Virus record (IMG/VR): IMGVR_UViG_3300014773_000009
Coordinates: 30,868 to 94,867 of that record
Strand: one strand, 5' to 3'
Source of the DNA: a virus
Lineage: Duplodnaviria; Caudoviricetes
Length of the DNA stretch: 64,000 nt
This document shows, piece by piece, positions 45,599 to 55,670 of this stretch; the first letter of the stretch is position 1, and the number at the start of each line of letters is the position of its first letter. Under the pieces are notes generated by a model. That model was not told the origin of the DNA. It was given only the letters and a program-made list of their open reading frames with translations, and searched no databases. The translations under genes were made by a program, and so were the position numbers.

Positions 45599-45900
45599 CG
45601 TTCAATCGGTTCCTCGGCTCCGCGTCGGACGGACAGCTGCGCGCCGTACCCAACACAGTGTGCGACGGCTACCGCGTGGTCGAGCGGAAAGAGGCAGTGA
45701 TCTCGCTCTGGTGTCGGGACTGCGTTGTGGGTCGCTGCACCTGTCCGCTCATCGCCACGCGGTACGCACGGAAGCTGGTCCTCCGGCATCGGAACGAGAC
45801 CGCTGTCGACGGCCTGGTGCAGACCATCGTCAACGGACTGGCCTCGCAAGAGTGGAAGCGGCTCAAGACCTTCACGCCGATGGAGGCCCTCCGTGGATGA
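45595..45900 (+). CDS. Hypothetical protein
   Basis: Coupled ORF. Confidence 0.45.
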   Translation: MTFNRFLGSASDGQLRAVPNTVCDGYRVVERKEAVISLWCRDCVVGRCTCPLIATRYARKLVLRHRNETAVDGLVQTIVNGLASQEWKRLKTFTPMEALRG

Positions 45901-46495
45901 CGCATTGGCAGACGCGCGCCGGCTCATTGTCGAGCTGTCGAAGCGCATGGACCACGAGTCCTTCGTCAACGCTGTGCTGGCAGTGCTGGAGCGCCGAACG
46001 TCGCAGCTTCCGGAGCGAACGTCGACGCCTCCTGCGCCAGCGCCTTCTTTCCCAGCTCAGGAGGTCGCGACGAGCACCGTAAACCCTACCGGGACGAAGA
46101 CTCGAGACCGCGTGCTCGCGGTGCTTCGAGCTCACCCGCAGGGGATTGCGCGGGCCGAAGCCGAGCGGCTGGCCGCGTGTCCACCATCCTCGATGCACAG
46201 TCTCATCCGGTCGCTGGGTCTCGAGACCGAACGGTCGGCGGGCGACGGACGCAGCGTGCTGCTGAAGCTTCCGTCGACGTTGCCGCCGCGGGAGCAGGTC
46301 CCGCGCGTGGACTGGCAGGCGCGCGTCGAGGAGGTGGTGGCAATGCTGCGCAAGCGCCCGATGACGAGGGGCGAAATCTTCAAGGCGCTGAAGAAGGCGC
46401 CGACCGGGGACGGCGCGGACCGGCTGATCAAGATGCTGCACGGCGACCCGCGCGTGGTCGCCCCACGAAAGGGGGACGCGTGGAAGCACATCTGA
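45893..46495 (+). CDS. Tandem winged-helix-like protein
   Basis: RDRVLAVLRAHPQGIARAE and VVAMLRKRPMTRGEI. Confidence 0.55.
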   Translation: MDDALADARRLIVELSKRMDHESFVNAVLAVLERRTSQLPERTSTPPAPAPSFPAQEVATSTVNPTGTKTRDRVLAVLRAHPQGIARAEAERLAACPPSSMHSLIRSLGLETERSAGDGRSVLLKLPSTLPPREQVPRVDWQARVEEVVAMLRKRPMTRGEIFKALKKAPTGDGADRLIKMLHGDPRVVAPRKGDAWKHI

Positions 46496-46548
46496 ACCCG
46501 TCCGCCCCGTGGCGTCCGACGGAGCCGCTACCGCCGCGCGAGGCCAAC

Positions 46549-46803
46549 ATGCCTATGGTGCTGGGACCGCTGGTCGACCCGGCGAGAGTGACGTCGCCTG
46601 CTGACCGCATTCTGTGCGAGCCATACCGAGTGAAGCTCTCGGCGGGCGCTTGCTCGAAGCGGCATCTCGCGGTGTCGGCGACCAACCAGAAGCGTGGTGG
46701 TGAAGGTCTGCGGATCGACGGCCACATCAGCGCGCGCTCCGACTGCGTGCTCTGCGTCAACTGCGCCATCGGCACCACCGTTCGCGAAAGGCTCTCCTCG
46801 TGA
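46549..46803 (+). CDS. Small Cys-rich protein
   Basis: CEPY...ACSKRH...CVNCAIG; same pattern as 57767-58015. Confidence 0.5.
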   Translation: MPMVLGPLVDPARVTSPADRILCEPYRVKLSAGACSKRHLAVSATNQKRGGEGLRIDGHISARSDCVLCVNCAIGTTVRERLSS

Positions 46804-47033
46804 GCAACAACTACTTCAAGGTCTACCTGCCGGCGCCCCACCAGATCGACGGCGTCTTCCCATTCGACGACCGCGACGACGCGTCGATCCGCCGCGCGTG
46901 GAACGACGCCGACCGGTTGCGCGACCTGCTCGACGACGAGGACGGGCAGCCATTCATGCGCCGCACCATTGCGGTGCTTCACCAGCCGTTGCGATCGGGA
47001 GCCTGGTCTGGCTGCCCGGTGATCTTCCTCTGA
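46800..47033 (+). CDS. Hypothetical protein
   Basis: Coupled ORF. Confidence 0.5.
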   Translation: MSNNYFKVYLPAPHQIDGVFPFDDRDDASIRRAWNDADRLRDLLDDEDGQPFMRRTIAVLHQPLRSGAWSGCPVIFL

Positions 47034-47047
47034 GCCCGAGGTTCCCC

Positions 47048-48427
47048 ATGAGTGAGTACGATCCGAACCACATCCGCCGCACCATCCTCGACAACATCCT
47101 GGCGTGGGCGACCATCGACGACATCGTCCGAGAGGTGAGCGCGGCCCGTGAGCGCGACGGCCTCAAGCCGTTCCACTGCCCCATCCAGAACGTGCAGCAG
47201 GTGGTCCTGCAGCTGGTCGAGCAGGGGACGATGGTCACCAAGACCGGCAGCAGCATGCCGGTCTACAAGCTCGAGCGTCGGGGCGTGATGCGCCGCCGGG
47301 GAGCGGTGATCACGGCGCTGGCGGTCATTTCCGACAAGACAGACACCCAGGCGCACGTGGTCGAGAAGTCTGGTGCATCGCGCGCAGACCTCGAAGACAT
47401 GTCCGCGCACGGGCTGATCTCCCTGCGTGACACGGAGCTCGGCTGGGTGGTGCAGCTCAACAGCCAAGCGCTCCACACGGTGCTCCAGCGCGGGGCCGAG
47501 GCTGTCGTGGGAGACAAGATGCCGCCCGACGATGACCTGAGCACCGCAGCTCGCGAGAGCCGGATGCAGGCGTCAGTCGACCAGGCGGACCAGGCGAGAC
47601 ATGACGCCGAGCACAAGTTGGAGCTCATCACCGCGTGGCTGCGGAAAAACAACGTCACCGACTTGGACGCGGTGATCGGGCGATTCGAACACGAGTCGGA
47701 GCAGCGGGTGACGTTCGAGTTCGAGGAGGAGCGCGAGATCAACGACGCTGAGCGCATCCTGATCGGCAAGGAGCAGGCGACGCTGCGGACCAAGCTCGCC
47801 GACCTGGAGCGCAAGATGGCGCCGATCCAGGCCGCGATCAAGCTCAGCAAGCAACGGTTGGAAGAGCTGGTGCTCGAGCAGTGCGGGCGGACGCGCATCA
47901 TCTCGACGCGCGCCTACACGTCGATCGACTGGGAGACCAACGTGGCCATCACGCGGGACTACCTGACCGAGCGCGAGCTCAAGCGCGAGCCCATCCCCAA
48001 GGGCACGCAGAAGCCCTTGCTGCCGCCGCCCACCAAAGCGGAGGTGAAGGTGGCTGACGTGCCGCCGATCAACGTGGCACCGCCCGAGGCGCCGGCTGCG
48101 CCGCCGGTTGACCTGCCCACGGCGATCTTGCGCGCCATCGGTGAGGACGCGCTGACGGTCGAGGAGATCGTGGAGAAGTGCAATGGCGGACCGGACGTGA
48201 CCGGAGAGTTCACCGGCAAGGTGAAGGGCGAGCTCAACGTCCTGTCGCGAGCGAACGCGGTCAGGCGCGCTCGGAACGGCAGGTACTCCATCATCGCCAA
48301 GGCGACGCCACAGCGGGACGGAGCCGACGCACGCGAGGATGCTGACGACGAGGAGCCCGGGCCCCTCGCACCGCCCGAGAAGCGACGGCGCGGGAAGAAG
48401 CCGAGCGGAGGGGAGGTGCACCCGTGA
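47048..48427 (+). CDS. Multi-wHTH / coiled-coil protein
   Basis: wHTH-like segments at both ends, central coiled coil. Confidence 0.55.
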   Translation: MSEYDPNHIRRTILDNILAWATIDDIVREVSAARERDGLKPFHCPIQNVQQVVLQLVEQGTMVTKTGSSMPVYKLERRGVMRRRGAVITALAVISDKTDTQAHVVEKSGASRADLEDMSAHGLISLRDTELGWVVQLNSQALHTVLQRGAEAVVGDKMPPDDDLSTAARESRMQASVDQADQARHDAEHKLELITAWLRKNNVTDLDAVIGRFEHESEQRVTFEFEEEREINDAERILIGKEQATLRTKLADLERKMAPIQAAIKLSKQRLEELVLEQCGRTRIISTRAYTSIDWETNVAITRDYLTERELKREPIPKGTQKPLLPPPTKAEVKVADVPPINVAPPEAPAAPPVDLPTAILRAIGEDALTVEEIVEKCNGGPDVTGEFTGKVKGELNVLSRANAVRRARNGRYSIIAKATPQRDGADAREDADDEEPGPLAPPEKRRRGKKPSGGEVHP

Positions 48428-48846
48428 ACGTCGACGACGTCATCGAGTTGCTGAGGGTCAAGAACAGGGCCTACGGATCGTCAGCGACGCAACCTCTTCG
48501 TATCTGGGCGAGCGCCAACGCGATGGAGCAGATCCGGGTGCGCATCGACGACAAGCTGAGCCGCATCGCCCGCGGTAAGGACACCGAGCTCGTGCCGGAG
48601 GACACGGTCAAGGACCTGATCGGGTACCTCGTGCTGCTTGACGTTGCTCGGGCGATGGACGATGGCCCGGTCGACTTCGACGCGGCGCTGGATGCGCGTC
48701 ATGAGGTGCTGACGACGCTGTGTGGTCTGAGGCCCCGCGATGCCTGTGTTGGTGCGGAGGACATCCTGGCCGCAGCCAAGGTGTTCGCCGCGTCCGACAG
48801 TCCCCTGCGGTTCGCGGCGCGCCTGATCAACGGGAGTCAGCCATGA
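48424..48846 (+). CDS. DUF1599-like (nucleotide-modification-associated, MazG-like fold) protein
   Basis: KNRAYGSS...RIDDKLSRI...EDTVKDLIGY. Confidence 0.7.
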   Translation: MNVDDVIELLRVKNRAYGSSATQPLRIWASANAMEQIRVRIDDKLSRIARGKDTELVPEDTVKDLIGYLVLLDVARAMDDGPVDFDAALDARHEVLTTLCGLRPRDACVGAEDILAAAKVFAASDSPLRFAARLINGSQP

Positions 48847-49403
48847 CGCCCGACGAAGAGCTGCGGCACCTTCGCCAGCAGGTCACCGAGCTGCAGAACA
48901 GGTGCACGGAGCTGATGCTTGAGGCCCGTGACATGCGCTGGAAGTACGCCTGTTCGGAGCGTGCGCGGGAGGTGCTGGCGGAGGAGTTGAACAACCTTGA
49001 GGCTTTGCACGGATCCTCCATTCTCTGGGACGTCATCGGGCTGTTCGACGCGCTCGGTCAAGAGGATGACGTCCAGAAGCCTGGGGTGTGCGCGCTGCCA
49101 AGCGACGCTTCTCTGGCGCTCGCGCGGAGGCTCATCGAAGAGGAGGTGGGCGAGACGCTGACCGCGATCGACGCTCGAGACCTTCCCGAGATCGCGGACG
49201 GTGTCATCGACTCGATCGTGGTTCTCGTCGGACTAGCAGTCCGATGCGGGCTTCCGCTCGCGAGGCTGTGGCACGAGGTCCACCAGAGCAACATCAGCAA
49301 GCGCGGCGGCCCCGTGAACGAGCACGGAAAGCGGCTCAAGCCGCCGGGATGGGTGCCGCCGGACATCGAGGGGGTACTGCGCAAGCACGGGTGGACGCCA
49401 TGA
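48843..49403 (+). CDS. MazG-like / PRA-PH nucleotide pyrophosphohydrolase
   Basis: LIEEEVGE...EIADGVID...EVHQSNISK...KRLKPPGW. Confidence 0.85.
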   Translation: MTPDEELRHLRQQVTELQNRCTELMLEARDMRWKYACSERAREVLAEELNNLEALHGSSILWDVIGLFDALGQEDDVQKPGVCALPSDASLALARRLIEEEVGETLTAIDARDLPEIADGVIDSIVVLVGLAVRCGLPLARLWHEVHQSNISKRGGPVNEHGKRLKPPGWVPPDIEGVLRKHGWTP

Positions 49404-49621
49404 CCACGCGCCATTCCGGATACCTGGTCGTGCTCGAGGTGGACCTACGCGAGGACGACGCACAGCCGCTGCTCGATGCCATCCGGCTCCTGCGCGGCGT
49501 GGCCAGCGTGCAGCCCATCGAGAGCGAGTGCGGCACGCAGGCCATCTCTGATGCGCGCGTGCGGAGCGAGCTCGCCAAGAAGCTGCACGAGGTGCTGCGA
49601 CCGATTGGCGGTGGGCAGTGA
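49400..49621 (+). CDS. Hypothetical protein
   Basis: Coupled ORF. Confidence 0.55.
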   Translation: MTTRHSGYLVVLEVDLREDDAQPLLDAIRLLRGVASVQPIESECGTQAISDARVRSELAKKLHEVLRPIGGGQ

Positions 49622-50343
49622 ACCAGACGGCGATGGCATTCGTCGAACCAGCGGCCATTCTGGCGCCGAGTGAAAGGTGGGGCCTGCTTCAGGCCGACGC
49701 GGTTGCCATGCTCACCGAGATGCCAGCGGAGAGCGTGGACCTCATCGTCACAGACCCTGCCTACGAGTCGCTCGAGAAGCACCGCAAGGTGGGTACCACC
49801 ACGCGGCTCAAGCACTCCAAGTCGAGCAGCAACGACTGGTTCCCCATCTTCCCCAACGATCGCTTCGCCGATCTGTTTCGCGAGGCGTACCGCGTGCTCA
49901 AGAGGAACACCCACCTCTACCTGTTCTGCGATCAAGAGACGATGTTCGTGGCCAAGCCATTGGGAGAGGCTGCCGGCTTCAAGTTCTGGAAGCCGCTCGT
50001 TTGGGAAAAGCAGCGCATCGGTATGGGGTACCACTACCGTGCCCAGTACGAACTGATCTTGTTCTTCGAGAAGGGCAAGCGCCGGCTCGCCGATCTGGGC
50101 GTCGCTGACGTGATCTCGGCGACGCGCGTGAACAACGGCTACCCGACGGAAAAGCCGGTCGCGGTGTCGGAGGTCCTCGTCAAGCAGAGCAGCGCGGTTG
50201 GCGAGCTGGTGGTCGACCCGTTCTGCGGTTCGAGCTCGGTGGGCGAAGCCGCGATCAGAACAGGTCGAAGGTTCTTGGGTGGTGATGTTCAGGCGGCCGC
50301 TATCGAGCTGTCAGGCACCAGGCTGCGAGGGCTGGCGCTGTGA
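49618..50343 (+). CDS. N4/N6 DNA methyltransferase (beta class)
   Basis: TDPAY, YPTEKP, VVDPFCGSSS. Confidence 0.9.
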   Translation: MNQTAMAFVEPAAILAPSERWGLLQADAVAMLTEMPAESVDLIVTDPAYESLEKHRKVGTTTRLKHSKSSSNDWFPIFPNDRFADLFREAYRVLKRNTHLYLFCDQETMFVAKPLGEAAGFKFWKPLVWEKQRIGMGYHYRAQYELILFFEKGKRRLADLGVADVISATRVNNGYPTEKPVAVSEVLVKQSSAVGELVVDPFCGSSSVGEAAIRTGRRFLGGDVQAAAIELSGTRLRGLAL

Positions 50344-50455
50344 ACCGCCACGACGGACAGCCGAAGCGTCGGTGGACGGCCGCGGGCCCGAAGGCTCCTG
50401 GCAACACGGTGTTCCTGCCCTGTGACGTGGTGGACATCGCGCTCGGGAGGGCCGC

Positions 50456-50932
50456 GTGAGCACGCTGTTCCTGGACCTCGATGGGTGTCTGAATACCGAC
50501 GCGTTCCTCGCGGCACTCCCCAAGCCACGCGGGCTGTTGCGCGTGGAGGACGTCGACTGCTCATCGCACATCGACCCTGCGCGGGTGGTGCACCTGAATC
50601 GCATCGTGCAGGAGACGGGCTGCCGCGTCGTGCTGTCCTCTTCCTGGCGCCACATGTTCGGTGTGGATGCCACGCTTTTGGCGCTGCGTGCTCGCGGGTA
50701 CGTCGGGGAGATCCACGATCGGACGCCGAAGTTGAGCGTCTCTCCGAACCCAAGGTGGAAGGAGATTGCTGCCTGGCTGCAGATGAATCCCGACCACGGA
50801 GAGTTCGTGGTCATAGACGACTTCGAGGACGCCGGCGTCGGCTTCGGTGCCCGCTTCCTCCATTGCACCAAAGGGCTGACGGACGAGCTCGCGGAGCGGG
50901 CTGTCCTGATGCTCGGGAGGCGTGCCACGTGA
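50456..50932 (+). CDS. HAD-family phosphatase (SAK_2-like)
   Basis: FLDLDGCLN, VLSSSWR, FVVIDD. Confidence 0.85.
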   Translation: MSTLFLDLDGCLNTDAFLAALPKPRGLLRVEDVDCSSHIDPARVVHLNRIVQETGCRVVLSSSWRHMFGVDATLLALRARGYVGEIHDRTPKLSVSPNPRWKEIAAWLQMNPDHGEFVVIDDFEDAGVGFGARFLHCTKGLTDELAERAVLMLGRRAT

Positions 50933-51291
50933 ACAGCGACGCGATCGTCAAGGCGCTGGCCGGATGCGTGTGCCGCTCGACGAGCGAGGCAGACGTCCAG
51001 CGTGCGCTCACGGACCGCTTCACCGCCGCTGGCCTGGAGTTCGAGCGCGAGTATCGACTGAACGCTCAGTCGCGCGTCGACTTCTGGTTTCCGTCGGTTG
51101 GCGACGAGGGGAGCGCGGCCGAGGTGAAGGTCGCCGGTGGCGAGGCCGAGATGCTGAGGCAGATCGGTCGGTACGCGGAGCTGTCTCGTGTGCGTGAGGT
51201 GGTGCTGATCACCACGCTCATTCGCCTGCGCGTGCCCGCCGACATCTTGGGCAAGCCGTGCCGCAAGGTCTGGATCGGAGGCCCGCTGTGA
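50929..51291 (+). CDS. PD-(D/E)XK nuclease-like protein
   Basis: E..Q...ERE...RVDF...AEVK...QIGRY. Confidence 0.75.
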   Translation: MNSDAIVKALAGCVCRSTSEADVQRALTDRFTAAGLEFEREYRLNAQSRVDFWFPSVGDEGSAAEVKVAGGEAEMLRQIGRYAELSRVREVVLITTLIRLRVPADILGKPCRKVWIGGPL

Positions 51292-52994
51292 GGACCTACG
51301 GAACGGCGACGCTCAAGAATGGCGAGTGGCGCATTGAGGCGGAGCCGCACGTGATGATGCGGCTCAAGCGGGTGCTCGGTCGCGCGAACAGCCGCGCTGG
51401 CAAGGAGCTGAAGCTGCGAGACACGCTCGACGTGTGCCGCGACCTCGCCTGGTTCAGCGAGCGCTGGCCGCTGCAGATCGAACCCGCAGACCATCTCGAG
51501 CGGCGTGCGTCACTCCACCGCCTGCGAGCTGCAGACGTGGCCGAGCTGTTCGCTGGCAAGATCGAGCCTCGCGCGTTCGATCTTGCGGTGCCGCTGCGCG
51601 AGTACCAGCAGCTGGCGGCGGAGTTCATCCTGCGGCGCAAGAGCGGGCTGATCGCGGACCAGGTGGGCTTGGGGAAGACCGCGTCAGCCATCGGCGTGCT
51701 GACCGACCCGAGCACTCGGCCCGCGCTGGTGGTGACGCTGACCCACCTGCCGCGGCAATGGGAGCGGGAGATCAAGCGGTTCGCGCCGACGTTGCGCACG
51801 CACATCCTGAAGAAGGGCACGCCCTACCCGTTGACGAGCGCAAAGCCCGACCAGGGAGCGCTCTTCGACGACTGGCCGGACGTGGTGATCACGAACTACC
51901 ACAAGCTCGCCGGCTGGTCGGAGACCCTCGGGGGGCGGGTGAAGACCGTGATCTTTGACGAGGTCCAGGAACTGCGTTCCGGGTTGTCGCGCAACCGGCC
52001 GGCGAAGTGGGACGCGGCCAAGACGATTGCGGACGCCGCCGAGTTCCGTGTGGGCCTCTCGGGGACACCCATCTTCAACATGGGCGGCGAGTTCTTCGCG
52101 GTGCTCGAGTGCCTGACTCCGGACGCGCTTGGCACGTTCGAGGAGTTCCACCGCGAATGGTGCGTGGGGCGCGACGACAAGCCCCGGATCAAGGACCCCG
52201 CGGCGTTCGGGACCTACCTCCGTGACGAAGGGCTGATGCTGCGGCGCACGCGCGCCGACGTGGGTCGCGAGTTGCCTCCGGTCTCGACGGTGCTCCAGCC
52301 GGTGGAGGCGGACCTCAACCACCTCGCATCCGTGGAGAGCAACGCCACCGCGCTGGCTCGCACCATCCTGGCTGCGACGGGCAGCGGCTTCGACAAGATG
52401 CGCGCGGCCGAGGAACTCGACATCCTGATCCGCCGTGCGACAGGGGTAGCGAAGGCTCCCCACGTGGCTGCTTTCGTTCGGATGCTGGTCGAGAGCGGCG
52501 AGAAGGTCGTGCTCTTCGGCTGGCACCACGAGGTCTACCGGCTCTGGGCCGAGCAGCTCGAAGACCTCGGCGTGCGGTTCTTTACTGGGCGGGAGTCGGC
52601 GACGCAGAAGGCTCAGGCGGTCGACGAGTTCAAGGCTGCCAAAGCCAAGGTGCTGGTGATCTCGCTCCGCGCCGGCGCTGGCCTCGATGGCCTCCAGCAC
52701 TCGTGCAGCACGGTGGTCTTCGGCGAGCTCGACTGGTCCCCGGGGGTGATGGAGCAGTGCGTGGGGCGCGTGGCTCGAGACGGGCAGCCAAGTCCGGTGT
52801 TTGCCTACGTGCTGCTCGCCGACTGCGGCAGTGACCCGGTGATCGCTGACATGCTGGGGCTGAAGCGGAACCAGCTTGAGCGCGCGCTCGACCCGAACGC
52901 CCCGGTGCTGGAGAAGCTCCAGGTCGATCCGGACCACGTGAGGAAGCTGGCCGCTGCCTACCTGGAGCAGGTCGGAGGGGAGGTGGCGGCATGA
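51288..52994 (+). CDS. SNF2-family helicase
   Basis: DQVGLGKT, DEVQ, LSGTP, GLDGLQ, QCVGRVARDGQ. Confidence 0.92.
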   Translation: MRTYGTATLKNGEWRIEAEPHVMMRLKRVLGRANSRAGKELKLRDTLDVCRDLAWFSERWPLQIEPADHLERRASLHRLRAADVAELFAGKIEPRAFDLAVPLREYQQLAAEFILRRKSGLIADQVGLGKTASAIGVLTDPSTRPALVVTLTHLPRQWEREIKRFAPTLRTHILKKGTPYPLTSAKPDQGALFDDWPDVVITNYHKLAGWSETLGGRVKTVIFDEVQELRSGLSRNRPAKWDAAKTIADAAEFRVGLSGTPIFNMGGEFFAVLECLTPDALGTFEEFHREWCVGRDDKPRIKDPAAFGTYLRDEGLMLRRTRADVGRELPPVSTVLQPVEADLNHLASVESNATALARTILAATGSGFDKMRAAEELDILIRRATGVAKAPHVAAFVRMLVESGEKVVLFGWHHEVYRLWAEQLEDLGVRFFTGRESATQKAQAVDEFKAAKAKVLVISLRAGAGLDGLQHSCSTVVFGELDWSPGVMEQCVGRVARDGQPSPVFAYVLLADCGSDPVIADMLGLKRNQLERALDPNAPVLEKLQVDPDHVRKLAAAYLEQVGGEVAA

Positions 52995-53656
52995 CGACGC
53001 TGGCGCTCGGAGTGGACCCCGGGCCGACGAAGAGCGGGTGGGCTCGGGTGTTCCTCGACCCGAAGGACTGGCTCTGCATCGACTACGGCGCCCACCTGCC
53101 CAACGACTCGGACGACTGGCGCAAGCTGCTCGGCGACGTGAAGCGCAGTAGCGGCGTTCTTGCGATCGAGCAGATCCATGGGTACGCGTACGAAGCCTCG
53201 CGCGTGGCGGCACTTGTCGAGACCAGCCGCTTTGAGGGGCGCGTGCTCGAGCTCGCGCGGTTCAGCGAGACACGGCTGCTGACCTTCACCAACGGGACGG
53301 TGCGGGGTGAGCTCTGCAGGATGCGGCAGGCGAGCGATGAGCAGGTGCGAATCGTGCTCGCCGGCATCACGCGCCCTCGCGCTCCGTTCCGGGCGGACGA
53401 GCAGGTCCACATCTACGACGCGGCGGCGGCGGCGGCGTTGGCCATCATCCGAACGCAGGGCATCAATCTGCAGCTGCCGCCGGCGGTGAGCGCAGCGCTG
53501 CACATGCAGCAGCTCAAGGAGAAGGGGGCGCGCGAGCGGAAGAAGGCGACCGGCGGCGCGCCGCCGGAGAAGCGCTCTCTCACGAGAGAGCAGCGGGGGC
53601 GGCGCAAGCAGGCGGCGAAGGACAAGGCGTGGGCGGTGTTGAAAGGTGGTGCGTGA
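52991..53656 (+). CDS. RuvC-like Holliday junction resolvase
   Basis: LGVDPG...SGWA, LAIE, HIYDA. Confidence 0.8.
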   Translation: MTTLALGVDPGPTKSGWARVFLDPKDWLCIDYGAHLPNDSDDWRKLLGDVKRSSGVLAIEQIHGYAYEASRVAALVETSRFEGRVLELARFSETRLLTFTNGTVRGELCRMRQASDEQVRIVLAGITRPRAPFRADEQVHIYDAAAAAALAIIRTQGINLQLPPAVSAALHMQQLKEKGARERKKATGGAPPEKRSLTREQRGRRKQAAKDKAWAVLKGGA

Positions 53657-54699
53657 TGGGATCGGAGTTGAAGACGCTGGCATTCGATGGTGACGAACTC
53701 GAGGTCGTGGAGCTCGATGACGCTGGCTGGGTCAGCATCCCGAGCTTGCTTCGCCCGTTCGGCAAACGAGCGGACAACATGGCGGGCCTGTGGGACGGGT
53801 GGGGACGCGTCCGCGTGGAGGTTCTCCCTTCCAGGAAGGGTGAACCAGGAAACCCGCGCACCACGCTGATCCACGTCAAAGACGCACCGCTGCTCATCGC
53901 TCGCATGGACAAGCGCGGGATGGACGACGACATCAAGGAGAAGCACAACCGCTACCTGCGCCTCGTCGCCGGCGTGTTGGCTGAGCACTTCGGTCTGAAG
54001 GATCCAGCCCCCCCGACGTCGCCCGACCCATGGGCCGCCATCCAGGCTGTCGCAGCCGGGGCGCTCGAGCTGCGTGCGGACGTGAAGCAGGCCAAGACCG
54101 ACGCCTCCACCGCGGCGCGCGCGGCGCTCGACGCCGAGAAGACCGCTCGAGAGGCCAAGACCATCGCGGAGCAGGCTCGCACCATGGCCGGCGCGCGCGG
54201 GGTGCTCGACACGCTGGCCGGCGCCACGCCTCCCGGCGGCAGCTCCGCGACTCCCGACGGCGCGTGGAGCGCGAAGGCGCCCATGGGCTACAAGTCGATG
54301 CGCGCGGTCGCGCGGGAGTTCGCGCTCCCCTCGGATGGGATCGGGTGCGGCTTCGTCGGCAAGGTCGCCCGCGCGCTCGGGGTGCACGAGGACCTGCATG
54401 CAGTCGCCTACCAGGATGTGGTGATCGGCGGTCGCGCGCGGCGCCAGCACATGGTCTACGGGCCGAAGGCGCTCGCGCTGCTGGATGGCCCGCTCCGGGC
54501 GGCGCATGCAGCGATGGTGGCGCGCGGCTACGTCACCAGGCACGGCGTGCTCTGCCCCGCTGGCGTCGGCCCCGCGAAGCGCGCCAAGGACTTCGTCCTG
54601 GCGGAGATGTTTGAGGCTGCGGCGTCGGGCCGCGCGGAGGTGCCAGACGAGCGGCAACAGACCATCCCAGGCGTGGACGAGCAGCGAAAGGCTGGGTGA
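53656..54699 (+). CDS. Antirepressor-like protein
   Basis: FDGDELEVV...WVSIPSL N-terminal domain plus coiled coil. Confidence 0.5.
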   Translation: MGSELKTLAFDGDELEVVELDDAGWVSIPSLLRPFGKRADNMAGLWDGWGRVRVEVLPSRKGEPGNPRTTLIHVKDAPLLIARMDKRGMDDDIKEKHNRYLRLVAGVLAEHFGLKDPAPPTSPDPWAAIQAVAAGALELRADVKQAKTDASTAARAALDAEKTAREAKTIAEQARTMAGARGVLDTLAGATPPGGSSATPDGAWSAKAPMGYKSMRAVAREFALPSDGIGCGFVGKVARALGVHEDLHAVAYQDVVIGGRARRQHMVYGPKALALLDGPLRAAHAAMVARGYVTRHGVLCPAGVGPAKRAKDFVLAEMFEAAASGRAEVPDERQQTIPGVDEQRKAG

Positions 54700-55670
54700 T
54701 CGAGGTGCGCTGGGAAGACGAGCGCTACGTCCGCCTCTACACCCGCGAGACGCCCGAGTGGGCTGTGCTCTCGTGGGAGGCTCGCGCCGTCTTCCACGAG
54801 CTCATCAAGAAGGTCGACCGCGCTGGGATCATCTTGGTCGGTAAGTCCGGGCTGCGCGGCCTGGCTGGCCTCCTGCGGATGCCGATCGACGTGGTCGAGC
54901 GCGGGCTGATGTCCATCGACGGGCTCATCGAGGACGGCTGCGTGGTCGCGATCGACGGCGGCTTCATGCTCCCGAACTTCATGGCGGCCCAGGAGGCCAA
55001 CGCGTCCGACAAGGCGAGGAAGCGAGAGCAGCGAGAGCGGGCCCGCGCAGCCGCTGCCAAGACCGGACAACCTGTCACGAATCGTGACTCAGAGTCCCGT
55101 GGCGTGACCGAAGGTCACGATCTGTCACGCGGCGTCACGAGCGGTCACACGGAGTCACAACCTGTCACTCCTAGCTGTGCTGTGCCTAGCCGATCTCCCC
55201 CTACCCCCAAGGTGACTGGACACGGTGTCCCGGAGCCTGGACCGCCGACCCCACATGAGCCCGGTGGCGGTGGTGGTGGTGGTGGTGGTGGGCTCGACGA
55301 CATGCGGGCGCAGATCCGGCGGGTGCTACGCAAGCACGGGTGCTTCGCTGCGCTCGACGTGGCCGCAACCGTCGAAGTGCTCACCATGCGCGCGGTGGAG
55401 GCCGGTAAGACCGTGCGAGAGGTGGTCGACGCCATCGAGCACCTGGCAGCGAAGGCGACGATGGGGGCGTGGTCCGAGTCACGCATCCAGGGCGCGCTCT
55501 CGCGTGGCGTCCAGTTCGCGAAGCTCCCGCGATCGCCGCCAGCGGCGGACCCAGGTGACGACGACGAAGTCCCCTACGACCAGCGCCCAGGCGTGAAGCT
55601 TCGAGCTCCGCCGCCGCGCGAGCCGAGCAAGTTCGACGACCACGAGACCCAAGGAGTGAGCGATGGGTGA
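54696..55670 (+). CDS. Replication initiator (lambda O-like position)
   Basis: wHTH N-terminus, KARKREQRER helix, internal iterons, directly upstream of DnaB. Confidence 0.8.
   Translation: MIEVRWEDERYVRLYTRETPEWAVLSWEARAVFHELIKKVDRAGIILVGKSGLRGLAGLLRMPIDVVERGLMSIDGLIEDGCVVAIDGGFMLPNFMAAQEANASDKARKREQRERARAAAAKTGQPVTNRDSESRGVTEGHDLSRGVTSGHTESQPVTPSCAVPSRSPPTPKVTGHGVPEPGPPTPHEPGGGGGGGGGGLDDMRAQIRRVLRKHGCFAALDVAATVEVLTMRAVEAGKTVREVVDAIEHLAAKATMGAWSESRIQGALSRGVQFAKLPRSPPAADPGDDDEVPYDQRPGVKLRAPPPREPSKFDDHETQGVSDG
55074..55168. repeat. Iteron array / probable replication origin
   Basis: GT(C/G)AC at 55074, 55084, (55094 is GTCCC), 55104 and so on to 55164: exact 10-bp period. Confidence 0.8.

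Noticed and set aside
55074-55168. CRISPR array
   Set aside because: 10-bp period with a 5-bp core; no repeat-spacer structure and no cas genes in the window.
55263-55292. (GGT)n tract as a phase-variation switch
   Set aside because: Triplet repeat encoding an in-frame poly-Gly linker; slippage would not shift the frame.
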